From positions 8,184,001-8,248,000 of the forward strand of contig CM022670.1 in the NCBI GenBank assembly GCA_012295275.1: a stretch of DNA of 64,000 nt, in the 5' to 3' direction. The notes under the pieces are model-generated. The model searched no databases, had not been told where the DNA came from, and saw only the letters and a list, made by a program, of their open reading frames with translations. Origin of the DNA: Chrysomallon squamiferum (lineage: Eukaryota; Animalia; Mollusca). The position numbers and the translations under genes were made by a program. Position 1 is the stretch's first letter. Every line of letters starts with the position of its first letter. Positions 40,946 to 54,566 of the stretch are shown piece by piece.

Positions 40946-42890
40946 GATACCAAAAGTTATACAAAATTATATTTTTTTCTTGTGTAATAGTTACTGGGTA
41001 GCTCCTTTTGATAATGGAAAAAAGTAGTTTTTATATTATTTGATATAAAATATATATAAAAAAGAAGAGAGAGAAAATAATAGAGAATTCATGGGCAGTT
41101 CCTTTAACACAGGTCCTATCTTTTTAAAAATGTTTTTGTTAAATGTACTGATGTATATAGTATAAATATAAAACAAAACAAAAATAATATATATATATGC
41201 AAATAAGTACGTAAAATACTCATAGGGTAATACTTTTACATTCAAACATATCCGAAACTAATAAAATACACATCAAATATGTCTATTTGAAAATATTTTA
41301 TACTTCAATAATTTTCTTTTTTAAAACAGTGAAAAAAAATAAAAAAAATAAAGAAAATAAATAAAAAAGAAAAAGAGAAAATGTAATAAAAAAAAAAAAA
41401 ATAAAAATAAAGAAAGAAAATAAGAATGAAAGAACTGAAAAAAAAAAATGAAAATCTAGCCAAAATCAGTAACTTAAAATATAATGTAGCGAAAATATAT
41501 CAAATTTTGAGTAGATTTTTTATTATTTGTAATTTACTCACTGTCCATTGATGTAAATATTTATTTAGCATGTGTAAATAATTGTGAAATATTCTGACCT
41601 GTTACTTCTGTATTAATTAAAATTGAAATAAAAATATAACAGTATTATAGAAATTTGTTATGTGTAAGGAAACACACACAAACACACACACACACATACA
41701 CACTCACACACACACACACTCACACACACACAAATAAATAAAAAATAAAAACCTGTAGCGATGACGTTAAACGAAAATTTATTGATGCAAATGTTTACTA
41801 ATATAATTTTAAAATTCATTAATTAAACAAATAATTAACTTATAAATTAAATAATTCGTTAATAAATTAATCAAATATTTCATTCAGAAATAAATTATTC
41901 ATGAATGTATCAAATATTTAAGAAATGAAATATTTTATTAAAGTTCATTATGAATTGAAATAATATATCGAAAATATATATATATATTCAGCAGGCGACG
42001 GAATTCATCTTTAATAATATACCAAAATAATACTGTAATACACATACAGTGAATTATGGTATTCTTATTTATTATTAACGAGACGATGTCCCGCTGCCTA
42101 CTAACACCTAATAAAATCCACCAATCACAGGTAATAATGTAAAATGTGACAGTACAGTTTAGGAAATGACTTGTCACACATTTCACCTGTGTCAATTAAT
42201 ACTGTTCGGTTTCCATGACAACAGTCATAACGCATCTGAATCTAGCACGTGCAGATAGATGGGTAATGACGTTTTGTCGGAAGGTGACGAGGTTCATATT
42301 GTAATATAACTGACAGCGCTAACGAAGATGGGGTTGGTGGGGGTTGGTGGGTGAATAGGTGGTGTAAGGATTTGAATTATTTTATTAATGAGAATGTCTA
42401 ATGAGGTTAATCTGTTTATCATTCTGTTGGAGGATAAAATTAATTACTAGCTGGAAATGGTCCATTTAGTACAACAACAACATTATTAGTAAAACAAAAA
42501 AAAAAAATATATATATATATAATAATAATAATAATAATGATAACAGTAACAACAACGATAACATTATTAATTTACTGTTAGAAGTATTAGTTTTAGTGTC
42601 AGAAGTAGATGTAGTAATAACAATTACTACAGTGACAGTGGTAGTTGTATTTTTAAAAAGTTGCTGTAGCAACGGTAGCAACAGTTATCACTACTTCACG
42701 GTAGTTGTAGCAGGTGCAAGCAATAGTAAAATAATAATTATAATAATAATAATAATAATAATAACAATAATAACAACAACAGCAACAATAACAACAACAA
42801 CAACAACAACTACAATAATAATAATAATAATAATAACAGTAACCGTGACACAGCAAGAACAACAAGAACAACAACAACAACAACAACAAC

Positions 42891-42937
<47 letters not shown>

Positions 42938-43519
42938 CAACACAGCAAACAAAAAACAAAATGCAGAAAGAAAATGAGAAGTTTTTAAAAGAACGAAAAA
43001 AGGATTATATCGATATCAGAGACAAAATAAGCAGTCTCTGCGTGACGCATATTGCAGATTAACAAAACCATTGTAGCCTCAGTTTCGTAAATTGGCGCGA
43101 TACTTTAACATACGGACTCTCCGCAGCGGGTGCGATTCACGAACCTACGGATTTAAAGACACCAAATCCTCCACCGATGGTGAAAAGTTAACGAGCAAGA
43201 TGCCAGTCTAAAAGATCGCTGATAGAAACTTAATACTTGACTGGTCACCATTTCGACATCACGCTGAGCATGCAATGTCGAAACTATTCTCCTGTCTCGC
43301 ATCATGATTTTCTCTTCTTTTTTTTATAATGGAGCTTGGTCGTCTGGTCTATAACGGACGGAAAGTGCCGAGCATTGTTATGCATAAGGTATTTTTTTGT
43401 TAAAGAATTTCGGTAGAATTACTTGTGAAAAATAAACTGGAGATATTGTCCGTGAGATTTAAAAAAAAAAAAAAATAATAATAATAATAATAAAAATGAT
43501 GATGATGATGATGATGATG

Positions 43520-43562
<43 letters not shown>

Positions 43563-45849
43563 ATAAAAATAATTGAAAAATAAATTATAAATCCATTATA
43601 AAAAGTGGTATGTCGGTTAAGTCAGTTTTAACTGTGTAAGGTATTTTTCTAATTTTATTCTTAGAGAATGTTTTCAGACAATGAAGGTGAAATGCGTAAT
43701 GAAAAAAGAAGAAAAAAAGGAAAAAAAGAGAGACTACTATAAAAACATTTGTCACTTATTTTTAAAATTGAAAATGTTGTTTAGTGTTTATAAACTTAAA
43801 ACAAAATAATAGAAAAAATAAATAAATAAGAAATAATGACAAAAAACCAATGACAATAAAATAAAATTAATAATAAAAACGTTAATTGTAATTAACTGAA
43901 AGAAAAATTAAGAATAAATAAAAATTAAATGATAATAATAATAATAAATAAATAAATAATATTAAAAACAACAAAAACAATAAATCACTAAACACAAACA
44001 ACATCAAAGAAAAAACGTAAATAAGCACAAATATAACACACACAGACAACAGACAACACACACACACACACAGATGTTTCTTTTTAAAACGTTTGTTATC
44101 TTTGTCTCACCACTTCTCCCTGTTTGTTTCTCTGTGAAGTCAAGAAAACTGAAAGTCTCAGGTATCTTTATAAACAAAGGCTACACAAAGACCATTATAT
44201 TTTGCAAAACAGGAGGAGAACCATCTCAAATTTATATTAATTCTATTTAACCTAATATATATAAAGGGATTAGAAAAGGTCACACTTAACAGACGACATT
44301 TCAATTGAAACTTATTTTTCGTTTCTCTGTTTAAACGACTTCTTCCTACCACTTTGTTATGGCAGGTGCATATTTTTTATTTTTTCTTCTTCTTCCATTT
44401 CTGATTGCTATGGTTTCTGGAATAAATTATTTTCTAAGCTAGAGATCATGTATTGCCCATTTAATGACCTGTTAATCTAAATAACACATTTTACATTTGC
44501 TAATTACCGTCATCCGAGTCCGGCGGACTAAAGTCAGCTAACCCCGAAGATTCCCTAGGAAAAAAGGTTCTGTTCGAGCGAATCCCCCTAAAGCTAGCGG
44601 TGTAATTACTTTGGGTGTCATGTTCTAAAAATCACACTTTCCGAAATAAAAGTCTCGACATTAGAGGCTCCCGTGTCGAGAATCACCTGCTAAACTGTGC
44701 CCCCATCTGTCCAAGCAGACACTGATATCTCCAGTGGTAGACTTTATCATGTCATTTTAAATGTAAAGAACTGTATACATTTTTACATTTTATTTATTTT
44801 ATTTTATTTTATTTTATTTTATTTTATCTTATTTTATTTTATTTTACATTATTTATTTTATATTTTATTTATTTATTTATTTTATTTTATTTTATTTTAC
44901 ATTATTTATTTATATATTTTATTTATTTATTTATTTTATTGTTTTTAGTTTATTTTATTTTATTTATTTGTTTATTTGTTTATTATTTATTTATTTAATT
45001 GTTTCTTTTTTGTATATTGTATTTTATTGTACTTTATTTATTTATATAAATATATTTTATTTATTTGTGTTTGCTTGATTGATTATATATTTATTTGTTA
45101 TTTTAATTTTATCTATTTTTTTTTTTTCTAGAATGTTTATTAGCTCACATTAAAAACATTAACAAACATAAGGAAAACAACTATAATACTTTTCAAGTTC
45201 ATATTTGTAGTGTCTGACTAATCAATAGTAAACCTAAGTGAAAAATATTGTATTTCCTTTGTTATTTCTACAATAGATTTCTAACAATTGTTTTAACTAC
45301 ATGTACTAATTCTCTCAAACATAACGAATAGTTTACAAACAGGTTAATTGTTTTGAATCTTAGAAGCACGAATATACTGAAATACATTTTTCATATACGT
45401 ATATATGTGTGTGTCTGTGTGTGTGTGTGTGTGTAATTATATTATTACATATGCATATACGTATAAAGACACACAAAACGAAATGTTATACAAAGCATAC
45501 ATACATACATACATACATACATAAACAGATAAATTACAACACACACACAAAATTCAAAACAAACACGTATTAATTCTTTCAACATTGTTAAAATCAGAAA
45601 ATGCTACATTAAAAATATACATTAATTTAAAACGAATCGCGAGGAAGTCTACCGTCCAGGTACGTTAATTACAAAGCAAATCTTTGTCGATTTTTGTGTG
45701 GAGATTTGAAACTAATCACGTGTTGCTATCATTAACAACTCGACAAACGAGAAATAACTGATAAAGAAAACTGTCAGTACAAAGTACTCCGTGATTTTAA
45801 TTCCTGCAAATAAACTTTTACATTTGTCTCTTTTTGTGCCGAGCATAAT

Positions 45850-45935
45850 GGGAGGGTCACGTGGGGTTGGGCGGATTAGACGCTGACCAGACACTTCCGG
45901 TGCGCGTGTCAGTCCGAAATGACGTCACATGATTG
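45850..45935. promoter_or_regulatory. Motif-dense promoter/enhancer-like island
   Basis: gtcacgtgg E-box, gggcgg GC box, acttccgg ETS and tgacgtca CRE within 85 bp. Confidence 0.45.
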
Positions 45936-47569
45936 ATGACTTTTGACACTGGAGTTGTGGTCAACTGCTGACCAGTGGCTAGCGGAATAAATAACTGTAA
46001 TAGACATCCTTAACTGATAATTATGAAACATATAATTACGTGTCTGAAACAAGTATCTATCAAGTTTTATACTATTACTGTTCGTGTTGCTACTACTACA
46101 ACAACTACTACTGTTCGTGTTGCTACTACTACAACAACTACTACTACTACTACGACTGCCACTACAGACTACGACTACGACTACGATTACAACTACGACT
46201 ACGAGTACTTCTACTAGTGCTACTACTACTATTACTACTGCTACTACTACTATGACTACTGCTACTACTACTATAACTACTAGTTTGTTTACTACGACTA
46301 CTACTAATAATAATACATGTGAACACCTGTGTAAGAAGAAATCAAATTTAAAACAACTCTTTCAAAAATGGGTTTACAGACAATTTGATGAATATTAAAA
46401 TGAAACAGAAATAAAAATCACTGAAGAAAATATATTGAAAAAGAAACAGACTACTTTCACACACATAACGTGCAAAATAAAATCGCAAAAAGTAAAAATA
46501 GCAGACAATCATGGAGAAAATGGAGAAAATGGGAGAAAAAAAAAAAAAGTCTGAATGAAACACATCTATACCAGCAACAACACCATCGAAAAAGAATGAA
46601 ACGCATTATAAATCGGAAATTGTGGTAAAAGCATCTTGTAATCAAATACTCTCTAATTTTAAACCACTTTCTTAAAATACCGTAGCACATTTTCTTTCAA
46701 AAGTAATTCTTCAAAAGTCGACACAAGTCTTTTGTGTTTGTGTTAATAGTCTTCTAGAAAATACTACCGTTTAAAATAACGTCTTTTTAACACAGTCGTT
46801 CAGAATATATTATCACACCTGGAACAGTAATCACAAAATTAGCCTAACAGCGCCCCCTGTAAACTTCCTTCCCTCAAGGCAACGGGAAGACTGTCATTTA
46901 ATTCTCTAGGATTTTCTCTCCAAAGAGAATGGTTAGAAAATTACTATTATCATAGCTAATTTGGCTCGACATTTTTTTCGCCTGCAAGGAAGTCTTTTCA
47001 ACAACTACACAACGCCGTTGGTAACGTCGTGGTACATGAAGTTTTTCACCTTAGCGGTGTTTCTGGCCCTTCAATTTGGCTTAACAATTTTAAACAAAAA
47101 TTTTGCGAATTTTAAACTGAAATTACAGAGAGAAAATGATACAGATGCCTGCCTTTTGAAACAGAATTTAAGAAAAAAATTCAAGATATTGGATGCGACA
47201 GTTTCTTCAGGATCAGATTAGAGTTGTCTTTTGTTGACGTGTACAGTGATGATGACGGCGCTGCAAAGTGGATGACCTGGGTTCGGGTTTGTGTCGTGAA
47301 GTGTATTGTTAAACACGATCACCTTTTTAACCAAAACCAGTGGGAACAGAACGTTGGTGAAAAGAACACTGGCTGCTTTCTGTCGCGTTTGTCACTTGTC
47401 AGTGCACCACAAACGTACTTGAGTACCTGGTGCTGATGTCAAACATTTAACTGTTAAAATCATTTTGTTGTCCTCTCATAAAAATCTCTTTAGAAAATAT
47501 AAATAATAGGGGAAAAGAAAATGAAAGCAGCTTTGAGAGATTTGTTCTTTTTGTTAATATTCATCTGGG

Positions 47570-47687
<118 letters not shown>

Positions 47688-48525
47688 GTTGTTATTATTA
47701 TTGTTGTATAAATGGTAGAGTAATTTCATTAATTTACAAATGTCTGATTTGAGAAGTACTATATCTCTGTCTGTCTGTCTATCTGTCTCTGTCTCTATCC
47801 GTTTTCATTCGTCCACCCTCTCTCTCAATCGAACTGACCGGTCACTTTATAGAGTGACCCTACAACACACGGACATTGTGTTGACCATGCAAACACATAC
47901 CAGCAGGAAGAGAAAACCTGTATTGATACGTTCTGATATAGTGTGTTCTAATTTAAACAACCTCTCTGTAATTGATAAACCGTGTTTATCTGTCAAATAT
48001 ACATAATAAAAACACAAACCTATATTACACATAACAATGACACCAGGTTTAAATACACGGTGTACCGTAATATTGTCAATAAGGAAACTATAAACGAACA
48101 TCCTAAATTTGTGCTGTTTCGATTTTTTTGTTAAAGTTCCATCGGTTTGTTTAGAATACTTAGCGTAGTACATTTCTTATTACAATAATATTTATTGTTG
48201 TTTGTTGTTGCTGCTGTTGTTGTTGTTACAGTTGTATATATTTTGAAATAGTATTATTGTTATTATTTTTGTTGTTGTTATCATTATTGTTGTTGTTGTT
48301 GTTACTGCTATACTTATTAACATTATTAGTATTATTTAGATGCTATCTAGTTTAAGTGTAATATTATGATTATGATTAAATGTTTTTAAGAATTATTCTG
48401 TATTCGTAGATAAAACAATATATACTGTAATGATATTTTAGAAATTGTTATAATTTGTTTAGCAGCTTTAGTAAGAAGAAAAAACAACAACAAAAACAAA
48501 CAAATAAGTAATTAAATAAGGATAG

Positions 48526-48564
<39 letters not shown>

Positions 48565-48764
48565 TATATATAAATAAGGATAGATAATTATCTGAAACGA
48601 GAAAGAAATATATTATTCATTTTACTTAGCAAATTTCGTTATTAAAGTAAATAATAGTAATGAGTGATTAAATAAATAATATTAATAATACATTTTTCTT
48701 GATTCAGAGTAATTTGAATACTTATTATTTAACAAGAAATATCTTTACTTAATAAACAAACAAA

Positions 48765-48799
<35 letters not shown>

Positions 48800-50331
48800 A
48801 AAGCATTTCACTGTCATATACTTAGTATAGAACAAAAGAACTTACATTAATATATAATTAAATGTGTGTGTGTGTTTATGATGATGATAACAATAACAAA
48901 GGCGACAATAACAATATACGTAATAACACTAATAAAAACAATGACAACAACAGTACAACTACTGCTACTACAAATAATAAAGAAAAAAATACATATCATT
49001 ATCAGTTGGCTTCTTGTAACACACACACACGGACACACACACACACACGGACACACACACACACACACACGTACACACACACAGTGACAGCTATATTGAA
49101 ATATATAGATCAGCCTTTTGACTGGTCCTAGAAATAAACACTATAAACTGACATCACTGACAGCTGTCTGTTTGATTGTGACGTCACGTCGATGAATACA
49201 TATCAAATGTTCTTTTTGTTCTGTTAAGTGAACTCCACTTAAATCACGGAATCGAAAAGCAGAAGTCTTTTAACATGCCTGTTTGGCGTGGTGCTCAAGC
49301 ACTGTACATCGGGTGAGGTTGCTTTCAGAAACATCACGTTTTAATGGTCAGCAAACAGAAATCACAAAGGAGCATGCGCAGTGGCGCCAAGTGGTTAATT
49401 GCAGTTTATGAAATATGATGTTGGTTCATTTCAACACGCTTTTTGTATTGTTATAAAACATTATAAAAATGTCACGTAAAAGATAACAGGAGATCGATGG
49501 TAAAAATTATTAAGTATATTTATTAATTAATGTTGTTAATATATTACATATATGTATGCGTATGTAATTATAATTATAATTTTGTGTGTATGTGTGTGTG
49601 TTATTTTACTTGTTTATATGTTAGTAAACACAACTGTATTTTGTATTTGAGTTTGTGTGTGCGTGTGCGTGAATATAAATAAGTGATATATATCTTCGAC
49701 CAGAAAGGCTTAAACAAACAAACAAACAAACAACAAAAACAAAAAACAAAATTAAAAATTAAAAAAAATTAAAAAAAAATAAAGGAAGAAGAAAAAACAA
49801 GATACAAATAAATAAAGAAATCGTTTTATATTCTAACCTGCTTTTCTTTCAGTGTCGATCTAAACCGTTTAAAACTGTTTACTTCGTGAATAATTAAAGC
49901 GTTCGGTGTAATCTACAAAAGCTCTAGGAAATAATGATTACCCACGTGCCTCGTGACATAACGTGGTTTTTATTTAGTTAAACTCGTCATTCTTTGTATT
50001 TAAACAGTAAACGTTCATCTACGAAGATGAAATGTCTGAGAAAGAAAACATAACACGTACACATCAAAGTTCGTTTTGTGTAGTCATCGAAGTAAAGCAG
50101 CTGAGTTTGTAAAGATTTATTTGTACAATTTTTAAAATATATTTTGCTGAGTCTTATAGTAATTATAATTTTAATTTTGGCGTTATTTAAAATTGATTTG
50201 ATTATTATGCGTTTAAAATTAAAATTATTGATAGTTATAGTTAAAAATTGTTTGTTAATATTGTATTATTTATTTGTTTATTGTACATCTTTTTTATTAT
50301 GTTACTTGTTCAAATAATAATAATAATAATA

Positions 50332-50365
<34 letters not shown>

Positions 50366-50635
50366 CGATGATGATGATAATGATAGTGACAATGATGAAG
50401 ATGATAATAATAAAAATACAGCTTAGAAGAAAAAAAATGATAATAAGTAGATTAATCAGAAACAGCAGCAACAACAACAACAATGGTAATAATAATAATT
50501 ATAATAATAATGATGATGATGATGATCATGATGATGATAATAATAATAATGATAACAATAATAATAATAAATATACTACTACTACTACTACTACTACTAA
50601 TAATAATAATTATAATGACAACAACAATGATGATG

Positions 50636-50669
<34 letters not shown>

Positions 50670-51285
50670 CGATAATGATGATAACAACAAGTTACCTATT
50701 CGTTTTAACGTAAAAATGTTCTAAAAACAAATTTAATGTTTTACCTTTCACCACAATCTGATTCACCCTAAACCACCATCCACTCTCTCCCACTCGCCTT
50801 CTCTTCCACACCCTCTCTTTTAACCCCACCCTTCCTTACCACCCGGTCAGCGACCTCAGCGTGGCGTAAAATAAACATCAAAATCTGTACGTCTTTTTTC
50901 GTTAGAGATTTTCTGATAGTGTTTTGACAGTGTGACAGAAGACGACACGCAATGATAAAAAAAAAAAAAAACTTATGAAACCAATTATAGTCTGTGTCTT
51001 TGTTACTGGAGAGGCAAAGAACCCGCTGTGAGGTGGGGTAACCGAGGGAACACAAAGTACAGCAACAAGGGAACTAATTAGACCGCAGTGAAAGCGGTTA
51101 TCATGAACTCGGGGTCCATGGTTGTGATCGTTATAAACTGGTGTGTTTTTTTATACATTTTACTAATGTTATCTGAATCTTGACGAGTTTTGTGAGACTG
51201 AAATTTGTGAAATAAGAATATAATGTTAGCCCTGAAATTAATAAAGAATACAAATAAAAGAAAAACTAATAGTAATGATAAAAAT

Positions 51286-51408
<123 letters not shown>

Positions 51409-52464
51409 GTGTTTTCCTGTCTTTTTATATGTCTGTCTCTCTGTATATATTTATGTGTTTTGCGTGTGTCACGTATTTGGTGATAAAACTGAAAAAAATG
51501 TTAAGAGAAATGATCACGAAAAATATTAAAAATATCAATATAAACATGTTACAATAACAGCAACAGTAACAGCAACAGTAACAGCAGTAGCAACAGCAAC
51601 AGTAACAGCAGTAGCAACAACAACAACAAAAATACTATAGAAAAAAGAAATAATAAGTAAAAAAAACTTGTGTATTGTGTTAAAGTACAAGATGTATATT
51701 TCTCAGAACTGTTACATTTTTTTTACAGTAGCTTTGTTCTCATTAACTCCTCGAGTTCCGCGTTTCTTAAAACAAAAGCACGAGTCCCGTGTCACTGGCC
51801 CGGTTTGTAAATCAACGCTCAGTTTAAGTCCTCGTTAGTTCTTTAATCGGCAAACAGCTCGAGCGATTAATCGTAAATTAGGACGAGACCGTTTTGTTTT
51901 ACCAGGCCCAACATCGACTTGCTGCATCATTCACAACGCGCACGGCAACCAACCACAATCTCAGAGTTGTTCAAGTTTATTCAGGGGACATGCGGGGAGA
52001 TCGGGGAAACTTAAATATATGTATTAAAAAAAAACAACGTGAAAGCATGTTGTCACGTCTTGACAAGGCTTAGGGCTTGTTTACGGACAATTTAAAAACA
52101 ATTAGCAAGAACAAAGGTTGTGGCGAGAGGAACAAAACACTTCATTGTTCTCCTTCTGTTTTCTCACAGCTCAGTAAGACTCTCGTCTGGCCGTGCGGTG
52201 ATTAAGTTTGTTTCCTGTCGAAGATGTTTTAAGATACGTCGTCCACGTCGTAGGTGTGAGTTGAGATTATCATCCTCGTAACAGCAGCATCGCGATCATT
52301 GCTGTCGGCGTCGGTAGAGAAATTCTTTGACAAGTTGCGATCGTTCTTGGCATCTTCTCGATTGCTGATGACGTTAGAGTGTTGGTGTTGTTGTGGTTGT
52401 TGTATGTGCAATGCCAGGACTGCTGTGAACTGATGAGTTGATTACAGAAAAGCAGATGCAGTTA

Positions 52465-52500
<36 letters not shown>

Positions 52501-54368
52501 TGGTTCATGGTTTTATTTCAGCGTTGTATTTGGATTTATTCTCGTTGTCAATCCAGTTTTCAAATTAGTTTGGTTAGAGACTGAGAAACTGAAAAAACAG
52601 AAGTGGAAAAACAAACTGAAGAATTTAGGAAAAGAGGTAAAGTAACTTTATATATTATTCTTTTAATAGGTACACAGATATAGCTTTCTAAAACTCCGTC
52701 CGTCTGTTAGTTTGTTTTTTATAACAATGATAATAATTCATCATCATCATCATCAAAATGCTTGAAATTATGGCTTTTGTTCCGCTCAGTTATTATTATT
52801 ATTATTATTATTAATGATATTCATGGTTATATATGTTATTCATGTAATAATCCATTCTCCATTTGAAATATCTGACATAATTTTCTCTTAAGCAATGCCA
52901 GACACATTATCATCATCAGTCTTGTTTTTTTTTTGGTTTTGGTTTTTTAGAATTATACTAGCTCATGCAATTAAAAACAAACTACTATTAGTACTACTTC
53001 TTTTACTACTACTATTAGTACTACTACTACTACTGCAACTACTATCACAGCTTCTACAAAAATTGACATTATTACTACTTCTTCTACTACAGCTATTACT
53101 ACTACTTTTACTACCACTACCACGCTGCTACTATTACTATTCCTATTACTACTACTATGAATAATAAAAATAACAGCAAGAAGAAAAATAACAAGAAACA
53201 GACGGCAACATTATTAAATAGTCTTTCTTTTTCTTTGCTTAATTATGTTGTCTGATCTTGGAACATTGAACACACGAAATAATTAACACAGAATGTCATG
53301 AATTAACTGTCAGTCTTAAATCAACACGACGTTTGTGACAAACTGTTAAAAAGGTGACAGAAACAAAACAGACGGACAGACATACTGACACAGTAAGTGG
53401 TCAAATTACGGACAGCACGCGATTCAGTACTTTGTTATTTGTTGCAGTGGTCAAGCGGAAATAAATTACAATAATTTATGGCTTTGATTTATCGGCCTGA
53501 AGAACAAAATCATCCTCTGGTTATCGTGTAGTTTCTTGGAAAGGGCAATTGTATGGATAAAACAGCAGTAGAAAAAGAAAAGAAAATCTCACTGTTTTAT
53601 CGTTTTACTGAGCGCTTGATGAAAAGTTGGATAAGTTAACTAAATAAATAAATGACGAAGAAAAAATCGAATTAAGAAAAAGAAAAAAGTCCTTTAAAAA
53701 AATTAGGAAAATAAAGAAAAAAAAAATTACGAAAGATATCGAAACAAAAGAAAACGAAAGGAAGTAAATAAGTAAGTTAATAGAACAGACATCCTTCCAT
53801 TTACGGAAAACCTCAGTACAATGCACAGATCAATGCACAGATCAGTGCACAGATCAATGCAATGCAAGTAAACAGAGATGCACTTTTAACGTGACGGTCT
53901 GATATATTATAATTATTATATCATTTCCTATTAGCTATACAACTATTATTATCTAAAATAGATGTATTATAAGAAAAATTATGTTCATATGTATATGTCT
54001 ATGTAATTTAGATGTTTATCTGACTGGCTGACTGTCTGTTTGTCTTTCTATCTTTCTTTCTGTCAGTCTCTATGGTACCTCTTTCATGGCACACATTTCT
54101 TTGCTTGTTGATAAGTACTCGCCTGGTCGCGAACTCTGTACCTACCAGTCCAAAGTCATATTAATTACGTATCTGGTTCTTTGTAATCACTAATGAATGT
54201 AGGAAGTATATATTTCTGTGTTAAATACACATATTTCACCTGTTAAAAAAACGTTTTAATAATATGCATCTTTTTTCTTCCCTTTTTACTTTTGAAATTT
54301 TACAGGTTGCAGGTTGAGATAAGTATTCTGTCATACAAAGACAAGAATGAATAAATTAGATTGATTAA

Positions 54369-54408
<40 letters not shown>

Positions 54409-54502
54409 AAATAATTCAAAGAAATAATTTAAAAAAATTAAAATAATAAAGAGTGAAAAAACATATTAAATTTCTTAGGAATTAACATATTTCTTGTTCT
54501 GC

Positions 54503-54566
<64 letters not shown>

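Noticed and set aside
43110-43180. tRNA-like fragment (also ~30060-30090 and ~54120-54160)
   Set aside because: No cloverleaf; at most decayed SINE heads.
52229-52411. 60-aa minus-strand ORF with natural-looking composition
   Set aside because: No recognisable family, non-ATG start, and no partner exons found.
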